Positions 36,001 through 47,006 of a DNA stretch of 64,000 bases are shown here, in pieces. Under the pieces are notes generated by a model that was not told where the DNA came from, searched no databases, and saw only the letters and a list, made by a program, of their open reading frames with translations. The stretch is from positions 256,001 to 320,000 of the forward strand of contig OZ241892.1 of NCBI GenBank assembly GCA_965203485.1, written 5' to 3'. The translations under genes and the position numbers were made by a program. The first letter of the stretch is position 1; each line of letters starts with the position of its first letter. Origin of the DNA: Longimicrobiales bacterium. GTDB taxonomy: Bacteria > Gemmatimonadota > Gemmatimonadetes > Longimicrobiales > Gaopeijiaceae.

Positions 36001-37457
36001 GACGCCGCATCGCCGCTTTGGGGGCGCTCGCCTTTGCGGGCGCCTTCTTGTGCGCACCTGTCCCGTCCGCCGCATCGCCCGTCGGCGGCGCCGCCACGCC
36101 GAGCGTCGCGCAGGGACCGCCGCCGTCTGCTCGTTGCGTCGTGCCCCCGGGCCAACGGGGGGCCCCGTTCGACGAAGCCGGCCGAGCCGAGACGTACGCC
36201 ACCCACGGCGACGAACGCTTGGCGGCCCTGATCGAAGAGGGACTGGCGAACAACCCGCAGGTGCAAGCGGCGCGGTCGGCGTGGCACGCGTCGCGCCATC
36301 GCGTTCGGCAAGCGACCGCCCGACCCGATCCGGCATTCATGCTCACGCAACACGTCCGGCCGCCGGAGACGCGAGTGGGTCCCCAGATCGCCGTGCTGTC
36401 GGTGAGCCAGCGCTTGCCGGGCTTCGGCAAGTTGCGTCTGCGGGGGCAGGTGGCGACGGCGTCGTCGGTCGAGCAGGCGGAACTTCTTCAAGGCCGCCGC
36501 GCCGAGGTCGTCCGTTCGATCAAGCGGGCGTGGCACGACATGGCGTTCGTCGACCGGGCGCTGGCGATCAACCAGGAAAGCCAAGAGCTGCTCGAACGCT
36601 ACGAGGCTCTGACCCGCGCCCGATACGCGCAAGGATTCGGGCTGCAGGCCGACGTGGTGCGGATGCAGGCCGAGTACACCCGCGCCCTGGGCCGCCGGGA
36701 CGACCTGGAGCGCCGGCGCATCGACGCCGAAGCGACGCTCAATGCGTTGCTGGCTCGCCCCGTCGACGCAGCCCACGCGACCGTCGAGTCCGCAACCCTG
36801 CCCCCGGCGCCCGCCGACGCCGAAGTCCTTGCCGAGACCGGACGGCGCGCCCGTCCCGAAATCCGAGCGGCGGCACGACGCGTCGAGAGCCGGGAACACG
36901 CCGTGGCGCTGGCCCGACGGTCGCGCTGGCCCGACTTCAGCGTGGGCGTCGCGTGGGGAGCGCTGCTGGGCCGGGGCGACCCTGCCGGACGAGCCATGCC
37001 GCCGCCCGACAACGGCCGGGACGTCCTCAGTCTCACCGCGGGCTTCAATCTGCCGATCTTCGGACAGCGCCACGACGCAGGCGTCCGCGAAGCCGCCGAA
37101 TCGGTGGTGCAAGCGTGCGCCCTGTACGAGGGTGCGGTGCACGACATGGAGCGGGCGTTGCGTTCCATCCTGTCCAGCATACGCTCCACGCAACGCCAGC
37201 TCGCTCTCTTCGAGGACGCATTGCTGCCGCAGACCGAGCAGGCGATGTACTCCACGGAGGCCGCCTACGCCACGGGCACGGTCGGCGTTCTCGACCTTCT
37301 CGACGGAGAGCGCCGGCTTCTGGACGTCCGGCTGGGGCTCGCCGGCCTCCGCACCGACTACATGAAGGCGCTGGCCGACCTGGAGCGCGCCGTCGGATCG
37401 CCCGTCGAGTTTGCTGCCGCCCAAGGGGATCCGCCGCCAGGAGGCGACACGCCATGA
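35994..37457 (+). CDS. TolC/CusC-like outer-membrane efflux protein
   Basis: Signal peptide RRRRIAALGALAFAG; LIEEGLANNPQVQA, SQRLPGFGKL; first gene of the RND cluster; start uncertain. Confidence 0.85.
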   Translation: MRRRRIAALGALAFAGAFLCAPVPSAASPVGGAATPSVAQGPPPSARCVVPPGQRGAPFDEAGRAETYATHGDERLAALIEEGLANNPQVQAARSAWHASRHRVRQATARPDPAFMLTQHVRPPETRVGPQIAVLSVSQRLPGFGKLRLRGQVATASSVEQAELLQGRRAEVVRSIKRAWHDMAFVDRALAINQESQELLERYEALTRARYAQGFGLQADVVRMQAEYTRALGRRDDLERRRIDAEATLNALLARPVDAAHATVESATLPPAPADAEVLAETGRRARPEIRAAARRVESREHAVALARRSRWPDFSVGVAWGALLGRGDPAGRAMPPPDNGRDVLSLTAGFNLPIFGQRHDAGVREAAESVVQACALYEGAVHDMERALRSILSSIRSTQRQLALFEDALLPQTEQAMYSTEAAYATGTVGVLDLLDGERRLLDVRLGLAGLRTDYMKALADLERAVGSPVEFAAAQGDPPPGGDTP

Positions 37458-38800
37458 AGAACACGCGCCCGCGTTGGATCGCTGGGCTTCTGATCGTCGC
37501 GGTCCTCGTTGCCGCCGCGACCGTCTGGGACCCCATGGGCTGGACGGCCGACCCCGCCGACGAGGCGGAAGGCCACCTGCACACGTGCCCCATGCATCCC
37601 CATGTCCTGCAGCACGGTCCCGGCGTCTGCCCCATTTGCGGGATGGACTTGGTGCCGGTCGAGCAGGATCCGCCCGCCCACGAAGCGGGCATGGACTCCG
37701 GCGAAGACGCGGGGGCGGCCCACCACGGAGCCGGCCCGCCGGGCGAATCGGCGAGCGCCCCGGCGTCCGTGCGCGTCGACCCGGCGTTCCTCCAGAACTT
37801 CGGAGTGCGCACGGCGCGCGTCGAGGAAGGCTCGCTGGACCTCGAAATCCGCACGGTGGGCTACCTCGCCCACGACGACGAGGCCGTCTTCTCGGTCAAC
37901 ACCAAGTTCGGCGGCTGGATCGAAGAGGCCCACGTGGCCACGGTCGGCGAACGGGTGTCGAAGGGCGACGTGCTCTTCGAGATATACAGCCCCGAGCTCG
38001 TCGCGTCCCAGTGGGAGTACATCTCCGCGATCGAGTACGCGGAGCGGCTTCGGGAGGGAGGCGCCCACGAGGACGCCGTGCGCCAAGCCGAGTCGCTCAC
38101 GTCCGCGGCGCGGGAGCGACTGCGTTCCTGGGACATGACGCCTCGCCAGATCGCGGCGTTGGAGACGACGCGGGAGCCGACCCGAACCGTCGAGTTCGTG
38201 TCGCCGGTCTCGGGCTTCCTGGTCGCCAAGACGGGCGACTCGCTGGAAGGGTTGCGGCTTTCGCCGGGCATGACCGTGCTCAAGTTCGCGGACCACCGAA
38301 CCCTCTGGGTCGAAGTCGAGTTTCACGAGCACGACGTTCGCCATCTTCGGGAAGGCCAGAGCGTGCTCGTCACCATCGACGCCTTCCCGGAGCGGCGCTG
38401 GGACGGGACGATCCTCTTCTTCCGGCCTGCCCTGAACCCGGCCACTCGCACGCTGACGGCGTTCGTCAAGGTGGACAACCCGGACTTGCAGCTTCGCCCC
38501 AAGATGTTCGCCACCGTGGTCGCGCGGGCCCCGGGCGCCGCCGGCGCCGTGCTGGTTCCGTCCGACGCCGTGTTGCGCACGGGCGGACGCTCCGTGGTGA
38601 TCGTGGCCGAGGGCGGCGGGCGCTTCGCTCCCCGTGCGGTTCGCCTGGGCCTGTCGGCCGGAGGACGGCAGCAGGTTCTGGAGGGCTTGGCCGCAGGCGA
38701 AACGATCGTCACCACGTCCCAGTTCCTCTTCGATTCGGAAAGCAACCTGCGGGCCGCGATCGCCCGACTCGCCGCCGAAGCTCGCAACGGCGAATCGTGA
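37454..38800 (+). CDS. cusB: CusB-like efflux adaptor with heavy-metal-binding domain
   Basis: TCPMHPHVLQHGPGVCPICGMDLVP; GWIEE..YSPEL; LRPKMF. Confidence 0.9.
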   Translation: MKNTRPRWIAGLLIVAVLVAAATVWDPMGWTADPADEAEGHLHTCPMHPHVLQHGPGVCPICGMDLVPVEQDPPAHEAGMDSGEDAGAAHHGAGPPGESASAPASVRVDPAFLQNFGVRTARVEEGSLDLEIRTVGYLAHDDEAVFSVNTKFGGWIEEAHVATVGERVSKGDVLFEIYSPELVASQWEYISAIEYAERLREGGAHEDAVRQAESLTSAARERLRSWDMTPRQIAALETTREPTRTVEFVSPVSGFLVAKTGDSLEGLRLSPGMTVLKFADHRTLWVEVEFHEHDVRHLREGQSVLVTIDAFPERRWDGTILFFRPALNPATRTLTAFVKVDNPDLQLRPKMFATVVARAPGAAGAVLVPSDAVLRTGGRSVVIVAEGGGRFAPRAVRLGLSAGGRQQVLEGLAAGETIVTTSQFLFDSESNLRAAIARLAAEARNGES

Positions 38801-38804
38801 AGTC

Positions 38805-41800
38805 TTGAGCCGGCTCGTCGACTGGTCGCTCGCCAACAGGTCCGTCGTCCTGCTGGGAGCGCTGGCGCTGGCCGTCTCCGGCGGCGTCTCGCTCTCGCGG
38901 CACTCGATGGACGCCATCCCCGACATGTCGGACGTGCAGGTCGTGGTCCTCACCGAGTACCCGGGCCAAGCGCCGCGGATCGTCGAGGACCAAGTCACCT
39001 ATCCCCTGACCACGCAGCTGCTCTCCGTCCCGGGAGCCCGCGACGTGCGTGGCTACTCCTTCTTCGGGCGCTCGCTGGTTTACATAGTCTTCGAAGACGG
39101 CGTAGACCTGTACTGGGCGCGAAGCCGGGTCCTGGAGTTGCTCAGCACGGCGGCGGCCGGCCTGCCGCCCGGGCTCTCGCCCGCCTTGGGTCCCGACGCG
39201 ACCGGCGTGGGGTGGGCCTTCATGTACGGGCTCAAGTCGGACCGCCACGACTTGGGCGAACTCCGCTCCCTCCAGGACTGGTTCCTCAAGTACGAGCTGG
39301 GCTCCGTGCCTGGAGTCGCGGAGGTGGCCAGCGTGGGCGGCTTCGTGCGCCAGTACCAGATCACCATGGACCCGAACCGGTTGCGAGCCTACGACGTGAC
39401 GCCGCAGCGGATAGCAGACGCCGTGCGCCGGAGCAACGCCGACGCGGGCGGACGCCTGCTGGAGATCGCCGGCAAGGAATTCATGATTCGGGGCCGCGGC
39501 TACCTGCGCGGGCCGGAGGAGATCGGCAAGATCGTGCTGGGCGTGAACCCGAACGGCACGCCCTTGCTGCTGGAGAACGTGGCCCGCGTCGGCGTCGGCC
39601 CCGACATCCGGCGGGGCGTGGCCGAGTGGGACGGAGAGGGGGAGATCGTCGGCGGCATCGTGGTGGTGCGCTTCGGCGCCGACACCCGTCAAGTCGTGCA
39701 GGCGGTCAAGGCGCGCCTCCGGGAACTCGAGCCGCAGCTGCCCGAAGGCGTGGAAGTCGTGGTGGGGTACGACCGCACCCATCTGATCGACGACGCCGTG
39801 GGGAATCTGCGCAACGCGTTGCTCCAGCAGTTCCTGATCATCGGCGTGGTGTGCTTGGCGTTCCTTCTTCACGCGGGCAGCGGGCTGGTGGCGGTGGCGT
39901 CCCTGCCCGCCGGCTTCTTCGTCGCCTGCATCTTCACCAACTGGATCGGCGTGCAGCTCAACATCATGTCGCTCGGCGGCGTGGCCGTCGCCATCGGCAC
40001 CATGGTGGACGCCGCCATCGTCATGGTGGAGAACGCTCACCGGCATTTGGCCCGCAAGCGCGACGGACAGACCCACTGGGAGGTCGTCGGCGCGGCCTGC
40101 CGAGAAGTGGGGCCTGCGCTCTTTGCGTCGTTGCTGGTGATCACGGTGTCGTTTCTGCCCGTCTTCATGCTGGACGAACAGCAGGGCCGCCTCTTTCGGC
40201 CGCTGGCGATCACGAAGACCACGTCGATGGCGGCCGCGGCGCTGTTGTCCGTCACGCTGGTTCCCGTGCTGGTGGGATGCTTCGTGCGGGGCCGGATTCG
40301 GTCCGAGCGCCGAAATCCCGCCCGCAGACTGCTGGCTCGCCTGTACCTTCCGGTGCTCCGGCGCGCGTTGCGCAGTCCTCTGCTGGCGCTCGGCGTCATG
40401 GCGGCGCTGCTGTCCGCGGCGGCGGCGGCGTACGACCGCCTCGGCTCCGAATTCATGCCGCCTCTCTGGGAAGGCGACCTGCTGTACATGCCCACGACGT
40501 TGCCCGGCATCTCCGTCACCGAGGCCCGGGACCTGTTGCAGCGCACCGACCGGATCATCAAGACCTTTCCCGAAGTGGACCACGTCTTCGGCAAGGTGGG
40601 ACGAGCGGAGACCGCCACGGACCCTGCGCCGCTCTCAATGATCGAGACCACGATCCAGCTCAAGCCGAGGGATCGATGGCGGGAAGGCATGACGCGGGAG
40701 CGCCTGGTGGCCGAACTGGAGCGCGCCGTGCAGGTTCCCGGCCTCACCAACGCCTGGACGATGCCCATCAAGACCCGCATCGACATGCTGTCCACGGGCA
40801 TCAAGACGCCGGTGGGCGTGAAGCTGGCGGGGCCGGACTTGGCGGTGCTCGAGCGACTGGGCCAAGAGGTCGAGCGGGCGGTGCGCGACCTGCCCGGCAC
40901 GTCCAGCGTCTACGCCGAGCGCGTCATGGGCGGCAACTACCTGGACATCGCGATCGACCGGGACGCCATCGCGCGCTACGGCCTGACGGTGGAGGACGTG
41001 CAGTGGACGATCGGCACGGCGATCGGCGGCATGCAGGTCACCACGACGGTGGAGGGTCTGCAGCGCTACCCCGTGAACCTGCGCTACGAAAGGGACTTCC
41101 GGGACGACCTGCAGGCGTTGCAGGGCGTGCTCGTGCCGACGCCGACCGGCGTGCAGGTTCCCTTGGCTCAGCTGGCGGCGATGGACTTCGTCGTCGGCCC
41201 GCCCGTCATCAAGAGCGAGAATGCGCGCCCCAACGCCTGGGTGTACATCGACATCGACACGTCGGACCTGGGAGGCTACGTGGAAGCGGCGCGCGAGGCC
41301 GTGGAGGCCGGCGTCGTCGTGCCGCCCGGCTATTCCATCGCCTGGAGCGGCCAGTACGAGTCGATGCAACGGGCCGAGCGGCGCCTGCGCTTCGTCGTCC
41401 CGCTGACGGTGATGGTGATCTTCGTCGTGATCAGCTTCAGCACCAAGTCCTTCGCCAAGGCGGGCGCGATCCTGCTGGGCGTCCCCTTCGCCCTGAGCGG
41501 CTCGTTCCTGCTGCTCCACTTGCTGGACTACAACTTGAGCGTCGCGGTGTGGGTGGGGCTGATCGCCGTGGCCGGGCTGTACGCCGAGACTGCCATCGTG
41601 TTCATGCTCTACCTGGACATCGCCTATTCCGAAGCGGTGGCCGAAGGCGGCATGAACGACCGAAGGGACTTGATGCAGGCCATCTGCAACGGCGCCGTCA
41701 ACCGCGTGCGCCCCATCGTCATGACCGTGGCCACCGACGTGATCGGGCTTGCCCCCATCATGCTCAGCGCCGGCACCGGCGCCGACATGATGAAGCGCAT

Positions 41801-41927
41801 CGCAACGCCCCTTTTCGGCGGCGTGGCCACCTCCGCGCTGGTGGTTCTGGTCGTTTTCCCCACATTGTTCTTCCTGTACAGAGGCCGCAATCTTCCCGGC
41901 GGCCCCGCAGACCTGCGGCGAAGTTGA
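38805..41927 (+). CDS. cusA: CusA/SilA-type heavy-metal RND transporter
   Basis: DAIPDMSDVQV, VEDQVTYPLT, LGPDATGVGW, GSEFMPPL, WTMPIKTRIDML; TTG start inferred. Confidence 0.95.
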   Translation: MSRLVDWSLANRSVVLLGALALAVSGGVSLSRHSMDAIPDMSDVQVVVLTEYPGQAPRIVEDQVTYPLTTQLLSVPGARDVRGYSFFGRSLVYIVFEDGVDLYWARSRVLELLSTAAAGLPPGLSPALGPDATGVGWAFMYGLKSDRHDLGELRSLQDWFLKYELGSVPGVAEVASVGGFVRQYQITMDPNRLRAYDVTPQRIADAVRRSNADAGGRLLEIAGKEFMIRGRGYLRGPEEIGKIVLGVNPNGTPLLLENVARVGVGPDIRRGVAEWDGEGEIVGGIVVVRFGADTRQVVQAVKARLRELEPQLPEGVEVVVGYDRTHLIDDAVGNLRNALLQQFLIIGVVCLAFLLHAGSGLVAVASLPAGFFVACIFTNWIGVQLNIMSLGGVAVAIGTMVDAAIVMVENAHRHLARKRDGQTHWEVVGAACREVGPALFASLLVITVSFLPVFMLDEQQGRLFRPLAITKTTSMAAAALLSVTLVPVLVGCFVRGRIRSERRNPARRLLARLYLPVLRRALRSPLLALGVMAALLSAAAAAYDRLGSEFMPPLWEGDLLYMPTTLPGISVTEARDLLQRTDRIIKTFPEVDHVFGKVGRAETATDPAPLSMIETTIQLKPRDRWREGMTRERLVAELERAVQVPGLTNAWTMPIKTRIDMLSTGIKTPVGVKLAGPDLAVLERLGQEVERAVRDLPGTSSVYAERVMGGNYLDIAIDRDAIARYGLTVEDVQWTIGTAIGGMQVTTTVEGLQRYPVNLRYERDFRDDLQALQGVLVPTPTGVQVPLAQLAAMDFVVGPPVIKSENARPNAWVYIDIDTSDLGGYVEAAREAVEAGVVVPPGYSIAWSGQYESMQRAERRLRFVVPLTVMVIFVVISFSTKSFAKAGAILLGVPFALSGSFLLLHLLDYNLSVAVWVGLIAVAGLYAETAIVFMLYLDIAYSEAVAEGGMNDRRDLMQAICNGAVNRVRPIVMTVATDVIGLAPIMLSAGTGADMMKRIATPLFGGVATSALVVLVVFPTLFFLYRGRNLPGGPADLRRS

Positions 41928-41931
41928 CGCG

Positions 41932-43542
41932 ATGCGCTTCTTCAACACGACGGGACCCGTGAAGCCGGCGCGCCACTACCACATTCCGCCGCTGGACCGC
42001 CTCGACCTTGCCGAGTTCCGGCGGCTCGTGGACGAAGAGCGATACTTCGTGCTCCACGCGCCCCGTCAGACGGGAAAGACGTCGGTGCTGCTGGCGCTCC
42101 AGGAACTGTTGCACGGCGAAGGCCGCTACCGCTGCGTCTACGCGAACGTGGAGGCCGCCCAGGCGATGCGCGAAGACGTCGGGGCGGCGACCAAGGCGAT
42201 CCTGAGCCAGATGGCTCGCCAGGCGAGACGGGCGGGCGACCATTATCTGGCCAAGACGTGGTCCGGGATATTCGCCGAGCATGGCCCCGGCGCATTGGGC
42301 GAGGCGTTGTCGTCCTGGGCGGAGGCGGACGAGAAGCCGCTCGTGCTGCTGATCGACGAGATCGACGCGCTTGTGGGCGACACGCTCGTGTCCGTGTTGC
42401 GCCAGCTCCGGGCGGACCATCCCCACCGGCCGAAGAGGTTCCCCCAGAGCGTCGTCTTGTGCGGGGTGCGGGACGTGCGGGACTACCGCATCCACTCCAG
42501 TTCGGCCAACATGCTGGTGGCGGGCGGCAGCGCGTTCAACGTCAAGGCGGAATCGTTGCGCTTGGGCGACTTTTCGCGAGCGGACGTATGCGCCCTGCTG
42601 GGCCAGCATGCCGAGGAGACCGGCCAAGCGTTCGCCGCCGAAGCATTGGAGGCGGTCTGGACCCAGACGCGCGGCCAGCCGTGGCTGGTCAACGCGCTGG
42701 CCTACCAGACCTGCTTCAAGGGGGACAAGGCGGCGGATCGGACGCGGCGGATCGAGGAAGCCGACGTCATGGACGCCAGAGAGGCGCTGATCCTGCGCCG
42801 CGACACGCACCTGGACCAGCTGGCGGACAAGCTCCAGGAAGAGCGGGTGCGACGAGTGGTCGAGCCGTTGCTGGCGGGCGCGGACGAGACGGAGTTCTCG
42901 GGGCGCGATCTGGAGTACGCGCGGGACCTGGGTCTGGTCGCCCACGACAAGCCGCTCCGCATCGCCAACCCGATCTACGCCGAAGTGGTGCCCCGGGAGC
43001 TGACGTGGACGACGCAGGAGGGCCTTCCGCAGGACGTTGCTTGGTACGCGAGTCCGTCGGGCGGCCTGGAGATGGACAAGCTCTTCGGCGCGTTCCAAGA
43101 ATTCTTCCGAGAACATTCGGAGCACTGGGTGGAACGATTCCAATACAAGGAAGCGGGGCCGCAGTTGCTGCTGCAGGCCTTCCTGCAACGGATCGTGAAC
43201 AGCGGGGGCCGCATCGAGCGGGAGTACGGACTGGGACGCGGGCGAACGGACCTTCTGGTGCTCTGGCCGGAAAGCGAAGGCGCCGAGCGGAAAGGCGGAG
43301 CGGCTGGGCAAGGCGCTTCGACGCGCAAGTACGTGGTGGAGTGCAAGGTGTTGCACAAGGGCCTGGACCGCACGGTTGCCGAAGGCGTCGAGCAGACGGC
43401 CGGCTACATGGACCGATGCGGCGCCGAAGAGGGTCACTTGGTCGTGTTCGACCTGCGAAAGGGGCGAAGCTGGGAGGAGAAGCTGTTTCGCGAGGTCCGA
43501 ACGGCGCGGAGCGGGGCCGAGGTTCGCGTCTGGGGAAGTTGA
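41932..43542 (+). CDS. AAA-like ATPase with C-terminal PD-(D/E)XK nuclease domain
   Basis: MRFFNTTGP, HAPRQTGKT, LLIDEID, GRGRTDL..VVECK. Confidence 0.88.
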   Translation: MRFFNTTGPVKPARHYHIPPLDRLDLAEFRRLVDEERYFVLHAPRQTGKTSVLLALQELLHGEGRYRCVYANVEAAQAMREDVGAATKAILSQMARQARRAGDHYLAKTWSGIFAEHGPGALGEALSSWAEADEKPLVLLIDEIDALVGDTLVSVLRQLRADHPHRPKRFPQSVVLCGVRDVRDYRIHSSSANMLVAGGSAFNVKAESLRLGDFSRADVCALLGQHAEETGQAFAAEALEAVWTQTRGQPWLVNALAYQTCFKGDKAADRTRRIEEADVMDAREALILRRDTHLDQLADKLQEERVRRVVEPLLAGADETEFSGRDLEYARDLGLVAHDKPLRIANPIYAEVVPRELTWTTQEGLPQDVAWYASPSGGLEMDKLFGAFQEFFREHSEHWVERFQYKEAGPQLLLQAFLQRIVNSGGRIEREYGLGRGRTDLLVLWPESEGAERKGGAAGQGASTRKYVVECKVLHKGLDRTVAEGVEQTAGYMDRCGAEEGHLVVFDLRKGRSWEEKLFREVRTARSGAEVRVWGS

Positions 43543-44027
43543 GTCCGTCTTTCTGGGTTCTGTGCCAAAAAGCGGGACATTTCTCTGGACATTTTGGCGA
43601 ATCGAAATCCGTAGAAGCTGAAAATCTAGCAGTCTTTGATCTGCGCCAGCTCCAGCCGACCGCGACCGCCGACTGCCAACTTGTCGGCGAGGGCTCCTCA
43701 ATGGCCTGGGTTGACGAGGTCGGCGGCGTGGAGGAGTCCTGCTGGTAAAGGTACGGGCGGCTTGCCGCGGATTGGGGAGGGCGGACGGTGGCGTGTGGGT
43801 CGTTTGGCGGGCCAAGACCAGTGGCCGCGAGGATGGAGCCCTGCCCGAAACGCCTCGCGTCGCAACGGAAATTGACGAATTGCCTCCCCTTGGCAGAGCG
43901 GTTCGGCCCGGTCTGGATTTGCCATTCCCTGGCGCATCGTAATACCTTGCTCGACGAGTTCTCCGCGTTTGGCGAGTGCTGGAGAGCTCAGCCTGGGGGT
44001 TGGCGGTATGGAGACAAGGACTAGCCG

Positions 44028-45446
44028 TTGCTAAGGTTCGATGCCACCGTTCTGCTGTCGTTGGCGGCCGTCTGTCTGTCTTCGTTCTACGGCAGTGGCC
44101 CGCTCGAAGCGCAAGTCGTGGACAGCGCGGGAGTGGAGATCATATGGGCAGCCCCAGCGTCGGACGGGCCAGGAGCGGTGGGGCAGTGCGTGCTTGGAGA
44201 GGAGCCGTCGGCCGTCATTGGAGGGCCCGCAGGCGAAGAAGGCGCGTTGCACGAGGTCGAGAGCGTCGTTCAGTTGCCGGACGGAAGGATTGCGGTCGCG
44301 AACGCGGGTTCGGGGCAGATCAAGGTGTTTAGCGAGACGGGTGAGCATCTTTACTTGGTCGGCCAGCTCGGCGACGGGCCGGGCGATTTTCGGAGCTTGG
44401 CGATGTTGGGCGTCCACGGGAATCGCATCCTCGCATACGACTCGATGCCGTCGAGGATCACGATGCTGGATTTTGAGGGAAAGCTCGTGGATACGACGCA
44501 AGTGGAGTTTGGTTCTCGCTTGTACGACGAGACGGGCGGATGGGTTTCCGGCATTGAGGTGGCAAGGGGGATGCCCGCTGTCGGCTGGTTGGGCTCGGGC
44601 ATCTTGGTCCTGAAGGAAACGGAAAGCGCATGTCGCAACTGCGACGGGCTCGTATATGGCAAATCGGTTCAACAAATGGAATCCGTTGCCGACTTGATGT
44701 TGGTTGGTTTGGACGGGAGCTTGGTCGCGCGACTGGAGGACTTTCCGGGCGACGACTGGGCCGTGCTTAAGGAAGTCAGTGAGTTGAGCTCCGCCGAGCT
44801 TCCACAACGACTCCGCGATTCTTTCCCCGTTGCCGAGGGATTCTCCATCGTATGGGGGGACGGCGGGTTCCGCACTGAAAGCGAGTCCGTGACGACGCCG
44901 TACTCGAGGAGTTTCCAGGCGGCTGTCGGGAGAACCTTGGTCGTGGCGGGGCACACGGCCACGGCCGAAGTCCGCTACTTCGACGCGGACGGACGGCTGG
45001 TGCGGATTCTTCGTCGTTCGACTCCGCCGCGGAGGGTGGGCGGCACAACGAAGGAAGCGTGGATTCTGGAGCAGACGGAAGGACTTGATCCGCCGCAGCG
45101 CGAGCGCCGCAGAGCGGAGCTGGCATCCGTCGAGTTTCCCGAGTTCGCGCCGGCCTTCAAGTCGTTGGCGCTCGACGGCCGCGAGAGGCTGTGGGTGGAG
45201 GAATTCTCCGGTTCGGGCACGAGCGCTGCCGGTCGTTGGACGGTGTACGGCGAGGACGGGGCATCCTTCGGCGTGGTTGCGACGCCGCCGGGATTCCGTC
45301 CGGCCAGCTTCGGGGCCGACTATGTCCTGGGCGTGTGGGAGGACGATCTGGGCGTGGAATACGTGCAGAAGTACGATTTTGCTTGTACGACGCCGCCGGC
45401 GAACGGGGCAACGGTCGCAAGGTCCGACGGGGGACTGGAGCCATGA
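44028..45446 (+). CDS. Secreted 6-bladed beta-propeller protein
   Basis: Signal peptide, VDSAGVEI, GQLGDGPGDF, GVWEDDLGVEYV. Confidence 0.75.
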   Translation: MLRFDATVLLSLAAVCLSSFYGSGPLEAQVVDSAGVEIIWAAPASDGPGAVGQCVLGEEPSAVIGGPAGEEGALHEVESVVQLPDGRIAVANAGSGQIKVFSETGEHLYLVGQLGDGPGDFRSLAMLGVHGNRILAYDSMPSRITMLDFEGKLVDTTQVEFGSRLYDETGGWVSGIEVARGMPAVGWLGSGILVLKETESACRNCDGLVYGKSVQQMESVADLMLVGLDGSLVARLEDFPGDDWAVLKEVSELSSAELPQRLRDSFPVAEGFSIVWGDGGFRTESESVTTPYSRSFQAAVGRTLVVAGHTATAEVRYFDADGRLVRILRRSTPPRRVGGTTKEAWILEQTEGLDPPQRERRRAELASVEFPEFAPAFKSLALDGRERLWVEEFSGSGTSAAGRWTVYGEDGASFGVVATPPGFRPASFGADYVLGVWEDDLGVEYVQKYDFACTTPPANGATVARSDGGLEP

Positions 45447-46768
45447 AGAGCAAGTGGAGAGTGGCGTGTCGGGACGGCCGGGTCGTTCTGGCGCTGGCGG
45501 GGGCCGGCCCGTTGGTCCTGCCGTGCGTCGGGTTCGGTGCTCTGCTCAATGCCCAAGCGGTGGACAGCGCCGGCGTGGAGATTGTTCAGGTGGGTCCGGC
45601 GGACGACGGCTGGGCGGTGTCGGGGCCGTGCGTGCTGGGAGACGAGCCGTCGGTGCAGATCGGGTCGCTGGCAGGCGAAGAGAGCGCATTGTTCCGGGTG
45701 GAGGCTGCCGTGCAGTTGCCGGACGGAAGGATTGCGGTCGCGAACGCCGGCTCGGGCGAGATCAAGGTGTTTGGCGAGGCCGGCGAGCACGTTTGGTCGG
45801 TCGGTCGGCTCGGGGACGGACCGGGCGATTTTCGCGATTTGGCGGCGCTGGGCGTCCACGACGATCGCATTCTCGCGTACGATTCGGAGCCGTCGCGGAT
45901 CACGGCGATCGATTTCGGCGGACAGATCATGGGGGCGACGCAGGTGGAGTTCGCTTCTCGACAGTACGAAAGGACGGGCGGCGTGGCCGGCGGCCTTGCA
46001 ATGGCAAGGGGAATGCCCGCGGTCGGCTGGTTGGGTCGGGGCGTTCTGATCTTGCACGAGGAGCGAAGCCAAAGTCGCGGACGGGTAGTGTTGGGAGAAA
46101 CCGTCGAGTTGCTGGAATCCACGGAAGACTTGGTGTTTGTCGGTTCGGACGGCAGTCTGGTCGCACGGATCGAGGGCTTGCCGGGCGACGAATCGGTGAG
46201 GCGCCGGAACATCACGCCGAGTTCTCAAGGGATGGCCATAACGCTCACGCGGATGACGACGCCGTACTCCAAGACGTTCCAGGCGGCGGTTGGGCAAAGC
46301 CGCATCGTGGCGGGACACACGGCCACCGACGAGGTCCGCTTCTTTGACGCGAATGGCCAGCTGGTGCGCATTCTTCGCCGTCTGAACCGGCCGCGCCGGG
46401 TGGGCGACGGGGCGAAGGACGCGTGGATTCGGGCGCAAACCGAGAGATTTGATCCGCCACAGCGCCGCAGTTTCAGGGAACGACTGTCGGCCGTGGAGTT
46501 TCCAGAGTACATGCCGGCCTTCGAATCGCTGGCCCTTGACGCTCGCGACCGGTTGTGGGTGCAGGAGTTCGTCGGTCCGGAAGCCGTCGGCGGCAGTCGT
46601 TGGACGGTGTACGACGCAGGGGGCGCGCCCGCCGGCATGGTTGCCATGCCGCCTCGGTTCCGTCCGGCCAGTTTCGGGCCGGACCACGTCCTGGGCGTGT
46701 GGGAGGACGACCTGGACGTGGAGTACGTGCAGAGATACGATCTCTCCGAGGGATGCAAGACGCTCTGA
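45443..46768 (+). CDS. Secreted 6-bladed beta-propeller protein, tandem paralogue
   Basis: ATGA overlap; colinear with previous gene. Confidence 0.75.
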   Translation: MKSKWRVACRDGRVVLALAGAGPLVLPCVGFGALLNAQAVDSAGVEIVQVGPADDGWAVSGPCVLGDEPSVQIGSLAGEESALFRVEAAVQLPDGRIAVANAGSGEIKVFGEAGEHVWSVGRLGDGPGDFRDLAALGVHDDRILAYDSEPSRITAIDFGGQIMGATQVEFASRQYERTGGVAGGLAMARGMPAVGWLGRGVLILHEERSQSRGRVVLGETVELLESTEDLVFVGSDGSLVARIEGLPGDESVRRRNITPSSQGMAITLTRMTTPYSKTFQAAVGQSRIVAGHTATDEVRFFDANGQLVRILRRLNRPRRVGDGAKDAWIRAQTERFDPPQRRSFRERLSAVEFPEYMPAFESLALDARDRLWVQEFVGPEAVGGSRWTVYDAGGAPAGMVAMPPRFRPASFGPDHVLGVWEDDLDVEYVQRYDLSEGCKTL

Positions 46769-47006
46769 CCTGCCAGAACGGCGAGGCCGCGACCGGCGAG
46801 ACGGCGGCGGGTGCACCGACTGCCGCCCAACAGATTATGGAGGTGGACACGAACGCCGGCCCGCGGACGTTGTTGAACGCGCCGATCCGGTCCCTTTTCC
46901 GAGGTGTCCAGGCCGCTCGGCCGACGTCAGCCGGGGTTGAGGCCCCGGCCTTCGTTGAGCGCTGATGCATGTCTACACGGGCTCCGTGCCGATCGAGCAC
47001 TGACGA

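Noticed and set aside
35273..38800. 1175-aa ORF as one protein
   Set aside because: Over-extended call; CusB starts at ATG 37454 with an RBS and ATGA overlap, and the upstream part is off-frame TolC plus the Dph6-like remnant.
43570..43595. GGACATTT direct repeat as an IS end
   Set aside because: Only two 8-bp units, no partner end or transposase nearby.
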